Positions 38,210-49,946 of a DNA stretch of 64,000 nucleotides are shown in pieces. Source of the stretch: Pseudomonadota bacterium (lineage in GTDB: Bacteria > Pseudomonadota > Gammaproteobacteria > Burkholderiales > JABEVD01); the NCBI GenBank assembly GCA_021848825.1, contig JAJZTQ010000013.1, positions 672 to 64,671 of the forward strand, read 5' to 3'. Position 1 is the stretch's first letter, and each line of letters begins with the position of its first letter. The translations under genes were made by a program, and so were the position numbers. Under the pieces are notes generated by a model that was not told the origin of the DNA, ran no database searches, and saw nothing but the letters and a program-made list of their open reading frames with translations.

Positions 38210-38238
38210 ATTCTACCTTTTCCGGTAAATCACTTCAA
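38210..38238 (-). promoter_or_regulatory. Putative promoter of gltB-gltD-hemE
   Basis: On the minus strand: TTGAAG (38238-38233), 17 bp, TAGAAT (38215-38210). Confidence 0.6.
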
Positions 38239-38247
38239 CCTTGCGAT

Positions 38248-39381
38248 TCAGAGGGCGATTTCCTCGACTGCGAAAAGGCGGCGATGCTCCCTGATCGCGT
38301 AGCGGTCGGTCATTCCTGCGATGTAGTCCGAGGTGACCCGCATGATATTGCCGCTTTCTTCCGCCGTTTCCTGGAATTGCGCGGGGAGCAGGCGGACATC
38401 CGATGTGAAGGCATGGAAAAGATCTGAGACGATGCGGCGCGCCTTGGCGCTCATCCTCGTCACCTTGTAATGCTGGTAAAGCCGGGTTCTCAGGAACTGC
38501 TTGAGCTCATGCTGCGCCTTCTTCATCTCCGCGCTGAAGGTGATGAGCTGGGGGGATTCCCTCACCGCGTCGATGTCCCCGGGACCCGTTTTTTCTATGT
38601 TGGCAAGACTCTGCCTGGTCAGATCGATGACCTGGGAATTGATCATCCTTCTCACCGTTTCATGGATCAGCCGCCTGCCCGAGATTTCAGGGAAGGCGGC
38701 CCGGGCCATTTCGACATGCCGCTCGAAAATCGGGACGGAACGCAGTTCCTCGAGCGTGATGAGGCCTGAGCGCAGGCCGTCGTCGACATCGTGGTTGTTG
38801 TAGGCGACTTCGTCCGCGAGGTTGGCGAGCTGCGCCTCCAGCCCCGGCTGCCTCCCTTTCAGGAAGCGTTCGCCTATTTCACCGAGAAGCGCCGCGTTTT
38901 TCGCGGAGCAGTGCTTCAATATGCCCTCCCTGGTTTCGAAGCTCAGGTTGAGGCCGTCGAAAGCGCCATAGCGCTCTTCCAGCAGGTCCACGACCCTCAG
39001 CGATTGAAGGTTGTGCTCGAATCCGCCATGGGAAGCCATGCATTCGTTGAGCGCGTCCTGCCCTGCATGGCCGAAAGGGGTATGTCCGAGATCGTGGGCG
39101 AGCGAAATGGCTTCCACGAGGTCTTCGTTGAGCGCGAGGTTTCTGGCGATGGATCGGGCGATCTGGGCGACTTCTATGCTGTGGGTGAGCCTCGTGCGGA
39201 AAAGATCCCCTTCATGGTTCACGAAAACCTGGGTCTTGTATTCCAGCCTTCTGAATGCCGAAGAATGAATGATCCTGTCCCGATCCCTCTGGAATTCGGT
39301 CCTTCCCTCGGGGCGATCTTCGGCTATCCGCCTGCCCCTGCTTTTTTCGGGGTTCGCGGCATAGGGGGCGAGTTCAGCCAT
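38248..39381 (-). CDS. dgt: Deoxyguanosinetriphosphate triphosphohydrolase
   Basis: [25 protein letters not shown] motif [23 protein letters not shown]. Confidence 0.95.
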   Translation of the reverse strand: MAELAPYAANPEKSRGRRIAEDRPEGRTEFQRDRDRIIHSSAFRRLEYKTQVFVNHEGDLFRTRLTHSIEVAQIARSIARNLALNEDLVEAISLAHDLGHTPFGHAGQDALNECMASHGGFEHNLQSLRVVDLLEERYGAFDGLNLSFETREGILKHCSAKNAALLGEIGERFLKGRQPGLEAQLANLADEVAYNNHDVDDGLRSGLITLEELRSVPIFERHVEMARAAFPEISGRRLIHETVRRMINSQVIDLTRQSLANIEKTGPGDIDAVRESPQLITFSAEMKKAQHELKQFLRTRLYQHYKVTRMSAKARRIVSDLFHAFTSDVRLLPAQFQETAEESGNIMRVTSDYIAGMTDRYAIREHRRLFAVEEIAL

Positions 39382-40453
39382 GGCTTTCCAGAGTCCTGGA
39401 AAGGGCTTCCTTCGGAACGTCCGACCTGACCCTCGCTTTTCCTATTTTCTCAAGCAACACGAAGCGCATTTTTCCGTCCTCGACCTTCTTGTCGAGCTCC
39501 ATGAGCTGGATATACCGTTCCGTTCCGATTTCGGGAGACCGGGTCGGAAGCCCCGCCTTTTCGAACAAGGCCAGAATGCGAGCCAGGTCGGGTTCGGTCA
39601 GCATGCCCATGAAAAGAGAAAGCCTTGCTGCCAGAACCGTTCCTGCCGCGACCGCTTCTCCGTGCAGCCAGTTGCCGTAACCCATTGCGTTTTCTATGGC
39701 ATGACCGAAAGTGTGGCCGAGATTGAGGAGCGCCCTTTCTCCCGATTCCCTTTCATCCCTCGCCACCACTTCAGCCTTGTTCTCGCAGGATCTCGAGATC
39801 GCGTAGCCGAGCGCTTCGGGGTTCCGCTCAAGCAGTTTTCCGATATTGAGTTCCAGCCATTCGAAGAAGGGAAGGTCGCGTATCAATCCGTACTTGATGA
39901 CCTCAGCGATGCCTGCCTTGAGCTCTCTTTCGGGAAGCGTGTCTAGGGTATTGATGTCTGCCAGGACGAGCTTCGGCTGGTAGAAAGCCCCTATCATGTT
40001 CTTGCCAAGCGGATGGTTGATCGCCGTTTTGCCCCCGACGGAAGAATCGACCTGGGCAAGCAGCGTGGTGGGAACCTGTATGAAAGGGACGCCTCGCTGG
40101 TAGGTTGCCGCAGCGAATCCTGCAATATCCCCGATCACGCCGCCGCCCAGTGCGATGATGGCCGTGTTTCGCTCGCAGCGATTCTCGAGCAGCGAATCGT
40201 ATATCAGGTTCAGTGTTTCCCAGTTCTTGTACTGTTCCCCGTCAGGCAGGATGATGGAGATGGCGGCAACCTTGCTTTTTTCTAGCGCATTTTTCAGCCT
40301 CTCCAGATAGAGCGGGCCGACCGTGGTGTTGGTGACGATCGCGACCTTCTTCTGGGAAAGGGTGGGCAGCACCAATTCCGCCTGATCGAGCAGATTCGGC
40401 CCGATATGGATGGGGTAGCTGCGTTGATCCAGTTCTACTTTCAGCGTGCGCAT
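39374..40453 (-). CDS. aroB: 3-dehydroquinate synthase
   Basis: [40 protein letters not shown]. Confidence 0.99.
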   Translation of the reverse strand: MRTLKVELDQRSYPIHIGPNLLDQAELVLPTLSQKKVAIVTNTTVGPLYLERLKNALEKSKVAAISIILPDGEQYKNWETLNLIYDSLLENRCERNTAIIALGGGVIGDIAGFAAATYQRGVPFIQVPTTLLAQVDSSVGGKTAINHPLGKNMIGAFYQPKLVLADINTLDTLPERELKAGIAEVIKYGLIRDLPFFEWLELNIGKLLERNPEALGYAISRSCENKAEVVARDERESGERALLNLGHTFGHAIENAMGYGNWLHGEAVAAGTVLAARLSLFMGMLTEPDLARILALFEKAGLPTRSPEIGTERYIQLMELDKKVEDGKMRFVLLEKIGKARVRSDVPKEALSRTLESHG

Positions 40454-40968
40454 GACTTTTCGAGCATGTATAGAATGTGGTGGGCGAGGCTGCTGACGCT
40501 TTGTCTGCTTGTATCGATGACGAAATCGGCGACCTCCTTGTAGAGAGGGTCGCGTAAGGTAAAAAGTTCAGAAAGCTTGGCATGGGGATTCTCGGTCTGG
40601 AGAAGCGGCCTGTTCTTGTCATGCCGGGTTCTTGCCCAGAGATCGTCTATCGATGCCCTGAGATAGATGACTGTTCCGTTGTGCTTCAGGAGCGCCCTGT
40701 TTTCTTCCGAAAGAACCGCCCCTCCCCCCGTTGCCAGCACGATGTTGCTGAGTTGGGTCAGTTCCTTCAGGACGGAGGATTCCCTTGCCCTGAATCCTGA
40801 TTCCCCTTCGACTTCGAAGATATGGGAGATCGATACGCCCGTCCTTTGCTTGATTTCCTGGTCGGAATCGAAGAACGCCTTCCCTGTCTGTTTCGCCAGC
40901 TGCTTCCCTACAGTCGTCTTGCCCGCTCCCATGAGGCCCACCAGGTAGATGTTTTCGGCAGGCTTCAT
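40441..40968 (-). CDS. aroK: Shikimate kinase
   Basis: [26 protein letters not shown]. Confidence 0.98.
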   Translation of the reverse strand: MKPAENIYLVGLMGAGKTTVGKQLAKQTGKAFFDSDQEIKQRTGVSISHIFEVEGESGFRARESSVLKELTQLSNIVLATGGGAVLSEENRALLKHNGTVIYLRASIDDLWARTRHDKNRPLLQTENPHAKLSELFTLRDPLYKEVADFVIDTSRQSVSSLAHHILYMLEKSCAR

Positions 40969-40974
40969 GGGAAA

Positions 40975-43095
40975 TCAAAGCTGGTTGAGACTGCTCTGCA
41001 GCACCTTGGGTGAAACGAAGATCAGCAGTTCGGATTTCTGATCGAGCGCCGCGTTGCCCTTGAACAGGTTGCCGAGGAAGGGAATGTCGCCAAGGAAAGG
41101 CACCTTGTTGACGGTATTGCTGATGTTCTGGGTATGGATTCCGCCTATGACCACCGTTCCGCCGTTGTCGACCAGCACCTGGGTCTGGATCTTCTTCGTG
41201 CTGATGGAGGGAGGCGCGCCGAGCGCCGCTGCAGCAAGAGGGGAATCCTGCGTGACGGTCAGATCCATGATGATGCTGTTGTTGGGCGTGATCTGGGGCT
41301 TCACCTTGAGGCTCAGCACCGCCTTCTTGAAGGCGTAGGTCGGGATCGTCGTTCCCCCGGAAACCTGGGTCGTCTGATAGGGGATTTCCTGGCCTGATTC
41401 GATCGTGGCCTCCACATTGTTGGCAGTCACGACGCGCGGGCTGGAGATGATCTTGCCTGTCCCGTCAGTTTCGAGCGCATCGATTTCCAGGTTCAGGAAT
41501 TTCGTTGCCGAAGAATTGAAGAGCAGGAAGGAAAGCGCACCCTGCCCGGCAGACCCTGTGATGTTGGGCTGGGTGAAGGGGATGTTGACATTGGTGTTGT
41601 TGGCATAGGTCGGCGTGTTCGTGCCGTTGAAGCCTTGCGCACCCGAACCGGCAGTGTTGCTTCCGCCTAGGGTCATGACCGGGTTTCCGCTGTTCTGGGG
41701 CGTTCCGCCGTTTGTGGCAGAATAGCCGAGCTTGACCCCGATGTTCCTGCCGAAATCATTGTTCGCCTGAACGATTCTGGCCTCGATCATGACCTGACGG
41801 GTCGGCGTGTCTATCTTCTGGATGAATTTCCTGATTTCCTCCAGTTTGGTCGGCGTGTCCTGGACGAAAAGCGTGTTTGTCACGGGGTCCACGACCACGC
41901 TTCCGCGCTTGGAGAGTATCCGCTGCTTTTCGTCGCCGAGTATTTTCTGCACGTCGGCGGCTTTCTGGTAGTTGAGCTGCATGCTCTCCGTCCTGGTTTC
42001 CTCGAGTTCGGAGATCTTCTGCTTGCCCTCGAGGTCGCTCTTTTCGCGGGCAGCTATTTCGGCCTTGGGCGCGATCATGATGACGTTGCCCTTCTTCTGC
42101 ATGCCGAGCCCTTTCTGCTCCAGGATGATATCGAGCGCCTGGTCCCATGGCACATCCTTGAGGCGGAGGGTAAGGTTTCCTGAAACGGTGTCGCTGATGA
42201 CGATATTGAGCCCGGTGAAGTCCGCTATGGCGAAAAGCAGGGAGCGCACATCGGTATTCCTGAAGTCGAGCGAAAGCTTGTTGCCGCCGTAGCCAGGTTT
42301 CGAACCCTGGACGAGCTTGTCGGGATTGTAGGCGACGGGCCTCACCTCGAGGATGAATTTGTCGTCAGCCTGATAGGCGGACTGTTCCCAAAGCCCTTTC
42401 GGTTGGATCACCATCCGGACATTGTCGCCCTGGGTGTAGGTGTCGATGGTGTTGACGGGCGTGCCGAAGTCGATGACGTCCAGTCTGCGCTCGAGATTGC
42501 TGGGGAGCTTGGTCTTGATGAACTGGATGACGATGGATTTGCCCTGCTGGCTGACATCGATGCCGGTATTGGAGTCGGAGAGATCGACCTCGACCTTCGC
42601 CTCGCCGCTCGTTCCGCGGTGGAATCCGATGTTCCTTATGGCATGGGTTTGATCGCCGGGCTGGGGCGCTGCGAAAAGGGTGCTCGCGCTGGTCCCTGTT
42701 CCAGCCAAGGTGATCGCATGCAGGGTGACGAGGAGATTGTTTCCTTCTATTTTCGATTCATAGGTGACGGGGCGCACCAGATTCATCACCAGCCTTGTTC
42801 TCTCTCCCGCCTGGACGATATTGATGCTTCTCAGGTCTCCCTTTCCGATTTCGACAGTGTTCTTGTCGAGCGCATTTCCAGTATCCTTAAAGTCGAATGC
42901 GATTCTCGCGGGATTGTTGATCGCGAACGAAGAAGGGAGCGCAGGCGGTTTCTGCTTCAGGGCGATCTTGACCACCAGCCCGCCCCCTTCGAGGCTTGCC
43001 ACCCCGACTGAATTGATGCTGTTGGCTGCCGCCGCCGCAACAGAAAGCGACAGGCTGAGCATCAGCCCGAGAATGTGAGTGAATAATCGCTTCAT
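40975..43095 (-). CDS. pilQ: Type IV pilus secretin PilQ
   Basis: Signal peptide, AMIN-like repeats, LSLDF, VPWDQALD, QVMIEARIV, VPFLGDIPFLG. Confidence 0.97.
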   Translation of the reverse strand: MKRLFTHILGLMLSLSLSVAAAAANSINSVGVASLEGGGLVVKIALKQKPPALPSSFAINNPARIAFDFKDTGNALDKNTVEIGKGDLRSINIVQAGERTRLVMNLVRPVTYESKIEGNNLLVTLHAITLAGTGTSASTLFAAPQPGDQTHAIRNIGFHRGTSGEAKVEVDLSDSNTGIDVSQQGKSIVIQFIKTKLPSNLERRLDVIDFGTPVNTIDTYTQGDNVRMVIQPKGLWEQSAYQADDKFILEVRPVAYNPDKLVQGSKPGYGGNKLSLDFRNTDVRSLLFAIADFTGLNIVISDTVSGNLTLRLKDVPWDQALDIILEQKGLGMQKKGNVIMIAPKAEIAAREKSDLEGKQKISELEETRTESMQLNYQKAADVQKILGDEKQRILSKRGSVVVDPVTNTLFVQDTPTKLEEIRKFIQKIDTPTRQVMIEARIVQANNDFGRNIGVKLGYSATNGGTPQNSGNPVMTLGGSNTAGSGAQGFNGTNTPTYANNTNVNIPFTQPNITGSAGQGALSFLLFNSSATKFLNLEIDALETDGTGKIISSPRVVTANNVEATIESGQEIPYQTTQVSGGTTIPTYAFKKAVLSLKVKPQITPNNSIIMDLTVTQDSPLAAAALGAPPSISTKKIQTQVLVDNGGTVVIGGIHTQNISNTVNKVPFLGDIPFLGNLFKGNAALDQKSELLIFVSPKVLQSSLNQL

Positions 43096-43107
43096 CGTTG
43101 ACTCCTG

Positions 43108-43614
43108 TTAATCAACCAGCTGCATGGTGCTGGTTCTCTCTGTCCAGTCCCCTGTGCTGTCCTGGACGAGTTCCTTGATCTTGATCGTCTTTTCGGTGAT
43201 TTCGACGACCTTGCCGAAATTCTGGCCAAGATAGCTGCCTTTCGTGACGCGGTAAAGCGTATTGTCCGGCGCCTTGATCAGGGCATAGATGGTATCGCCC
43301 TGCTTGATCGTGCCCACCATCTGCAGCCCGTCGAGAGGGAACGATTCAAGCGGCTCCTTGCGCCTGTTCATGTCGGGCTGAAGGCCTCCGGCCTTGCCCA
43401 TTCTCGCCATCTCGAGCTTCTTCGGATTGAAGGGGTCCGTCAGTTCGAAATCGTTGTATGTGAAAGGCTCGTAAGGCTTCACTTCAGGCGTGGGCTCGAC
43501 CCTTCCCCTGAGATTGGCCCCCGAATTCTTCACGAATGCCTTGAGATCGTTGAATTCTCCCTGACCGCACCCGGCCAGCATCAACAGCAGAAAAAGCGGG
43601 ATCAGGATCTTCAT
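43108..43614 (-). CDS. pilP: Type IV pilus assembly lipoprotein PilP
   Basis: Lipobox LAGC, RRKEPLESFPLD, GSYLGQNFG. Confidence 0.96.
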   Translation of the reverse strand: MKILIPLFLLLMLAGCGQGEFNDLKAFVKNSGANLRGRVEPTPEVKPYEPFTYNDFELTDPFNPKKLEMARMGKAGGLQPDMNRRKEPLESFPLDGLQMVGTIKQGDTIYALIKAPDNTLYRVTKGSYLGQNFGKVVEITEKTIKIKELVQDSTGDWTERTSTMQLVD

Positions 43615-44222
43615 TTCTTCTTGACCGCCTTGGGCTTGTCGGATGCATCCGGATAACGGTAGGTGCTGACGACGGCATTCATCGTCAAGAGCCCGCTATC
43701 CTTCGCCGGAGTGATGCTGATGTCGTTGAGGGTGACGATCCTCGGAAGCTGGGCAAGGTCGCTGGCGAATGCGCCGATGTCATGATAGCTTCCGGTGACC
43801 TTGATGGAGATGGGCAGTTCGGCATAATACTCGGTGACATTTTCCTTGGGTGCAGGCCTGAAGAGGTCGAACTGGAGCCCTCGTCCCAACCCCGCCTGGT
43901 TGATGTCGACAAGCAGCGCCTCCATTTCCGAGCGGTTGGGAAGCTGCTTCAGGAGCGCTCCGAAAGATTTCTCTATTTCGCTCAGCTGGCGCTTGTAGAA
44001 ATCCAGATTGACGGCTTCCTTCTTCTTCGCAAGGAAGGTCTGCTTCAGGCGCACTTCCTCGTTCTGCGCATTGTCCAGGTCATTCCACTCGCCTTTCCAG
44101 TCGAGGAAGAAGCCGAGGACCAGCATGACAGCGAGGATGCCGCCCAACAGCATCAATTTGGGCGGCCATGGCCAGGATCCGGGATCCTTCAGGTTGAGCT
44201 TTTTGAGTTCTTCCAAATTCAT
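43611..44222 (-). CDS. pilO: Type IV pilus assembly protein PilO
   Basis: DPGSWPWPPK, LLKQLP, YAELPI, GSYHDIGAF. Start is ATG 44222. Confidence 0.96.
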   Translation of the reverse strand: MNLEELKKLNLKDPGSWPWPPKLMLLGGILAVMLVLGFFLDWKGEWNDLDNAQNEEVRLKQTFLAKKKEAVNLDFYKRQLSEIEKSFGALLKQLPNRSEMEALLVDINQAGLGRGLQFDLFRPAPKENVTEYYAELPISIKVTGSYHDIGAFASDLAQLPRIVTLNDISITPAKDSGLLTMNAVVSTYRYPDASDKPKAVKKK

Positions 44223-44785
44223 GGTTTCGCCGCCTTGTGTGCGACCGTGACGTAGAGGCTGAATTCGCTCAGGCGCTGGTTGTTCCGGGTCACGCTGTGG
44301 ATCTCGATGAGGTTCGGCGAAGAGAGCCACTGTGAATCATCCAGGCTGCTCATCAGGGTGGATACCCTTGCGTTCGACTGAGCATAACCGTTCAGCAGGA
44401 TTCTCGTGACATTGCCCTGGCTTTCCTCCCGGAGCGACGAGAGATAAATGCCGTCGGGAACCCGCTTCGCAAACTGGTCGAGCAGATGAACCACCTCCGA
44501 GCGATTGTTCTGAAGCTTTTCCACGACCTGCTTTCTCGCCAGCAATGCCCGAGTCTGCTGCTGGAGCTTCTTGATGTCGGCGATCTGCCGATCCAGTATG
44601 GCGATCTGCCCTTTCAGATAGTCGTTTCGCTCTTTCTGGTAGCTGATGCGGGATGCGATGGCGACATGGACTGCGAATATAATGACGATGCCCAGGACTG
44701 CGGTCATGCCTGCGAGCATGATGATCTGCTTGCGAAGGGCTTCCCTTTTTCTTTCGCGGTGGGGGAGGAGATTGATTCTGATCAT
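44219..44785 (-). CDS. pilN: Type IV pilus assembly protein PilN
   Basis: MIRINLLPHRE, one TM helix, GYAQSNARVSTLM. Confidence 0.96.
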   Translation of the reverse strand: MIRINLLPHRERKREALRKQIIMLAGMTAVLGIVIIFAVHVAIASRISYQKERNDYLKGQIAILDRQIADIKKLQQQTRALLARKQVVEKLQNNRSEVVHLLDQFAKRVPDGIYLSSLREESQGNVTRILLNGYAQSNARVSTLMSSLDDSQWLSSPNLIEIHSVTRNNQRLSEFSLYVTVAHKAAKP

Positions 44786-44798
44786 CGTGAAAACCCGA

Positions 44799-45893
44799 TC
44801 ATGTCGGATCGAAGCCTCGTAGCGAGAGGCCGCAGGCGATCATCAGCATGGGCGCTTCAGTCGCGAGCTGTCTGGGATTGATCCTGTTCGAAAGCTCCAT
44901 GCCTGCGAAAGGATTGGCGATAGAGGTGCTCACCTGCGTTCTGCTCGAAACCGTATCGTCCAGGCCCTGGATCGTCGCGCACCCGCCGGCCAGCACGATA
45001 TGATCGACTTCGTTGAAAGGGGTGGAGGTGAAAAAGAACTGCAGGGCGCGGGACACTTCCAGCGCGAGATTTTCCCTGAAAGGCCTGAGGATCTCGGTTT
45101 CGTAATTGTCGGGAAGCCCGCCTTTTCTTTTTGCCATTTCAGCTTCGTCGAGCGTCAGGTTGTAGAAATGCTGGATATCGTATGTCAGCTGATTTCCGCC
45201 GAAAGGCTGGTCCCTCATGTAAACGGACTGGCCGTTTCTGAGCACGTTGATGCTCATCAGGCTCGCACCGATGTCGACCAGGGTGATGGTCCTGTCCCTG
45301 CCGCCGTTGGGCAGCTGCCGCTGGATCAATTCGAAGGCGGTTTGCGAGGCGTAGGGCTCGACATCCATCACGATCGCCGTGAGGCCCGAAGCTTCGGCGG
45401 TGGCCACCCTGTCTTCGACCTTTTCCTTTCTCGATGCGGCGATCAGCACTTCGACTTCGTCGGGGTTTGCAGGCGCAGGCCCGATCACCTGGAAATCGAG
45501 ATTGACCTCGTCGAGCGCGAAAGGGATATACTGGTTGGCTTCCGTTTCAACGAGAAAACCCAGGTCTTCCTCGCTCTGTCCGGCCGGAACGACGATCTTC
45601 TTCGTGATGACGGCCGCAGCGGGCAGGGCCATCGCCACGTTCTTGTTTCTTGTCCCGAGCTTCTTCCAGGCCCGCCCGACGCATTCGCTCACGACATCGA
45701 AATTGTTTATGTTTCCGTCCAGAACGGCTTCCTTGGGAAGCGATTCGATGGCATAGCGTTCTACGCGGTGCGTCTCGCCCGTCTTGGAGAGTTCGACCAT
45801 TTTCACCGCCGAAGAACTGATGTCGATTCCGATCAGTGGAACCGATCTGATCTTCCAGAAGCTCAGGTCGATATCGAAATTTCCCTTGAACAT
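44799..45893 (-). CDS. pilM: Type IV pilus assembly protein PilM
   Basis: GIDISSSAVKMVEL, YIPFALDEV, IDIGA-like VDIGAS, LAGG, ACGLSLR. Confidence 0.97.
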   Translation of the reverse strand: MFKGNFDIDLSFWKIRSVPLIGIDISSSAVKMVELSKTGETHRVERYAIESLPKEAVLDGNINNFDVVSECVGRAWKKLGTRNKNVAMALPAAAVITKKIVVPAGQSEEDLGFLVETEANQYIPFALDEVNLDFQVIGPAPANPDEVEVLIAASRKEKVEDRVATAEASGLTAIVMDVEPYASQTAFELIQRQLPNGGRDRTITLVDIGASLMSINVLRNGQSVYMRDQPFGGNQLTYDIQHFYNLTLDEAEMAKRKGGLPDNYETEILRPFRENLALEVSRALQFFFTSTPFNEVDHIVLAGGCATIQGLDDTVSSRTQVSTSIANPFAGMELSNRINPRQLATEAPMLMIACGLSLRGFDPT

Positions 45894-46036
45894 AGGCTGC
45901 TTATGCGCACTTTCGGATAATTCGCATCAGATGCTAGCAGCAACGCCGCGATATGTAAAGAAAATTGTCTTTAGCTTCTTTTGTCAAGCGGCAGACCATA
46001 TAATACCCAATTGAATACATTCGAGACTGACTCTTC

Positions 46037-48316
46037 ATGTTTCCGCGTTGGCTGCTTTACCTATTTCTGAGCGTGCTGGGCGTGGGTCTGGTTCTGGCCG
46101 GCCTGATCGCCTTTGCCGCCGTGATGACCTATCCCAACCTGCCTTCCCTCGAAGTGCTGAAAGACTACAGGCCCAAGATTCCCCTCAGGGTGTACAGCGA
46201 GGAGGGGGTGCTGATAGGCGAGTTCGGCGAGGAGCGGCGCGCAGTGGTTTCGATCAATCAAGTGCCGAAGCTGATGAAGGAGGCGATACTCGCGGCAGAG
46301 GACGAGCGCTTCTACGAGCATGGCGGGATCGATTACCAGGGCGTGATGAGAGCGGCTTTGGTCAATTTCGTCCATGGCGGATCTCGCCAAGGGGCGAGCA
46401 CGATCACCATGCAGGTCGCGCGAAATTTCTTCCTCTCCAAGGAGAAGACTTTCTCCCGGAAATTCAACGAGGCGCTGCTTTCCTTCAAGATCGAGCAGAA
46501 CCTGACGAAGGACGAGATACTTCAGCTTTACATCAACCAGATCTATCTCGGCCAGAAGGCTTACGGTTTCGCTGCCGCGGCCCAGGCCTATTTCGGAAAG
46601 CCCATGGACAAATTGAGCGTGGGAGAAATGGCGGTGCTTGCAGGGCTTCCCAAGGCCCCATCCAGCTACAATCCGATCGCCAATCCGAAGCGGGCGAAGC
46701 TTCGCCAGCTCTACGTGCTGCACCGGATGCGCGTGCTCGGCTACATCACGGAAGACCAGTATCAGAAGGCTTCGAAGGATCCCATCAAAGTGAGGCACGA
46801 GCGGCACGATTACCCGGTGAAGGCTGAATATCTCGCGGAAATGGTGCGCAAGGACATGTACGACAGGTACAGGGACGCCGCCTATACGCAGGGATACAAG
46901 GTTTACACGACATTGCGCTGGGCCGATCAGGTTGCAGCCTACGATGCGGTGCGCAAGGGGGTGATGGATTACGACGCCAGGCACAGCTACAGGGGCCCCG
47001 AGAAATACGTCGACATTCCGGAGGAAGGGGGCGACAACAAGCTTGACGAGATTCTCGACGATTACGATGCGAGCGGCGAAATCCTGCCCGCCATCGTGCT
47101 CAGGGCTTCGCCTGCAGTGGTGAGAGCTTACGTCAAGGGAGTCGGCCGCGTTTCCATCGAATCGGACGGACTGAAGTACGCAAGGAGGCTGCTCCAGGAA
47201 AATCCTTCCAGGATAAGGCGAAGCGCCATCATCCGGGTGATCAAGGATGCCAGGGGCAAATGGGCCATCACGGAATTGCCTGTTGTCGAGGCAGCGCTCA
47301 TCTCGGTCTCTCCCCAGACGGGAGCGGTCAGGGCGCTCGTCGGAGGATTCGATTTCACCCAGAACCAGTTCAATCACGTGACCCAGGCCTGGCGGCAGCC
47401 GGGTTCGAGCTTCAAGCCCTTCATCTATTCTGCAGCGCTGGAGAAGGGGTTCACGCCTGCAACGATAGTCGATGACGCGCCGCTGGTTTTCACCGCGGAG
47501 CAGACGGGAAGCGTGCCATGGGAGCCGAAGAATTACGAGGGAACCTATTCGGGCCCGATGAGGATCAGGGTTGCGCTCGCTGAATCGAAAAACCTGGTGG
47601 CGATCAGGATACTCCAGGCTATCGGAGCCAATTATGCGCAGGATTACATCACCCGCTTCGGATTCGACCCGAAGATGCATCCGCCCTATCTCACGATGGC
47701 GCTCGGGGCGGGACTCGTGACGCCCTGGCAGATGGCGGGCGCCTATTCCGTTTTCGCAAACGGCGGATACAAGCTCGATCCCTATTACATCGAGCGCATC
47801 GAGGATCAGGAAGGGCATGTCCTTGCCAAGGCTTCCCCTGTCGTCGCTGGTGCAGCCGGGACTTCCCCGGTGATCGATCCGAGGAACGCATTCATCATGA
47901 CGAGCATGATGCAGGATGTGATCAAGTATGGAACGGGGGCGCACGCCATGCAGTTGGGGCGGGCCGATCTCGCCGGAAAGACGGGAACCACCAACGACCA
48001 GGTGGATGCCTGGTTCGCGGGATTCCAGCCGACCCTGACCACGATCGCATGGATAGGCTATGATCAGCCAAAGACATTGGGAAGGGGGGAGACGGGGGCA
48101 CAGGCAGCGCTTCCCATCTGGATGGGCTATATGGGCAAGGCACTGAACGGTGTGCCGGAAGCGACCTTCACCATGCCGCAAGGCGTGGTCGAGGCCAAGA
48201 TCGATCCGCAGACGGGGAAAATCATGACGGGAGACGGCGGCATGGACGAGTATTTTTACCAGGAACTCTTGCCCAAGGCTCAGGTCGCCGGCAAGGTTGC
48301 AGATCCGCTTTTCTGA
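46037..48316 (+). CDS. mrcA: Penicillin-binding protein 1A
   Basis: Transglycosylase motifs AAEDERFYEH and GASTITMQ; transpeptidase motifs SSFK, SKN and KTGT; divergent from pilM. Confidence 0.97.
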   Translation: MFPRWLLYLFLSVLGVGLVLAGLIAFAAVMTYPNLPSLEVLKDYRPKIPLRVYSEEGVLIGEFGEERRAVVSINQVPKLMKEAILAAEDERFYEHGGIDYQGVMRAALVNFVHGGSRQGASTITMQVARNFFLSKEKTFSRKFNEALLSFKIEQNLTKDEILQLYINQIYLGQKAYGFAAAAQAYFGKPMDKLSVGEMAVLAGLPKAPSSYNPIANPKRAKLRQLYVLHRMRVLGYITEDQYQKASKDPIKVRHERHDYPVKAEYLAEMVRKDMYDRYRDAAYTQGYKVYTTLRWADQVAAYDAVRKGVMDYDARHSYRGPEKYVDIPEEGGDNKLDEILDDYDASGEILPAIVLRASPAVVRAYVKGVGRVSIESDGLKYARRLLQENPSRIRRSAIIRVIKDARGKWAITELPVVEAALISVSPQTGAVRALVGGFDFTQNQFNHVTQAWRQPGSSFKPFIYSAALEKGFTPATIVDDAPLVFTAEQTGSVPWEPKNYEGTYSGPMRIRVALAESKNLVAIRILQAIGANYAQDYITRFGFDPKMHPPYLTMALGAGLVTPWQMAGAYSVFANGGYKLDPYYIERIEDQEGHVLAKASPVVAGAAGTSPVIDPRNAFIMTSMMQDVIKYGTGAHAMQLGRADLAGKTGTTNDQVDAWFAGFQPTLTTIAWIGYDQPKTLGRGETGAQAALPIWMGYMGKALNGVPEATFTMPQGVVEAKIDPQTGKIMTGDGGMDEYFYQELLPKAQVAGKVADPLF

Positions 48317-48317
48317 C

Positions 48318-48899
48318 GTGGCCAAGGAGCGCTCGAAAAAATACGAGCAGATGAGGGAACGGATCGCCTATCTCGCCGCAAGGCTTATCGCCGAGGACGG
48401 CATGGACGACTTTTCCCAGGCGAAAAGGAAGGCCGCCCAGCAGATCGGCGCGCCTGACACCCACTGCCTTCCGAACAATGGCGAAATAGAAAAGGCCCTC
48501 AGGACGTTCAGGAATCTCTATCAGCAGGATGAGCATCAGGCGCAGCTCGTTCAGCTCAGGCTTGCAGCGCTCGACCTGATGCGCCTTTTGAATCGCTTCA
48601 ATCCCTACCTTTCAGGGCCCGTTCTGACCGGAACTGCAGGAAAATATTCCGAAATCGATCTTCAGCTCTATACGGACAGCGTCAAGGACGTCGAATTCTT
48701 CCTGATCAACAACAGGATTCCCTATCGATCAGGCGAAATCAGGACGGGATGGGGTTCCGTTCCGGTTTTCAAGCTGGAGCGGGGCGGCATCGAGGCGAAT
48801 GTCGCTGTCTATGCCGAGAATGATCTTCATGCCGTATGGAATCCGCGGATCGCCCGCGCGAAGCTCTCCCAGGTGGAAGAGCTTCTTTCCGAAGGATAA
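48318..48899 (+). CDS. Conserved uncharacterised protein, predicted nucleotidyltransferase fold
   Basis: GTG start just after the mrcA stop; RERIAYLAARLIAEDG, AKRKAA, LSGPVLTGTAGKYSEIDLQL (degenerate hG[GS]x9-13DhD-type motif). Confidence 0.7.
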   Translation: MAKERSKKYEQMRERIAYLAARLIAEDGMDDFSQAKRKAAQQIGAPDTHCLPNNGEIEKALRTFRNLYQQDEHQAQLVQLRLAALDLMRLLNRFNPYLSGPVLTGTAGKYSEIDLQLYTDSVKDVEFFLINNRIPYRSGEIRTGWGSVPVFKLERGGIEANVAVYAENDLHAVWNPRIARAKLSQVEELLSEG

Positions 48900-48900
48900 G

Positions 48901-49908
<1,008 letters not shown>

Positions 49909-49946
49909 TCAAGAATTTTAAAACATAGGGAACTATACTGTAATCC

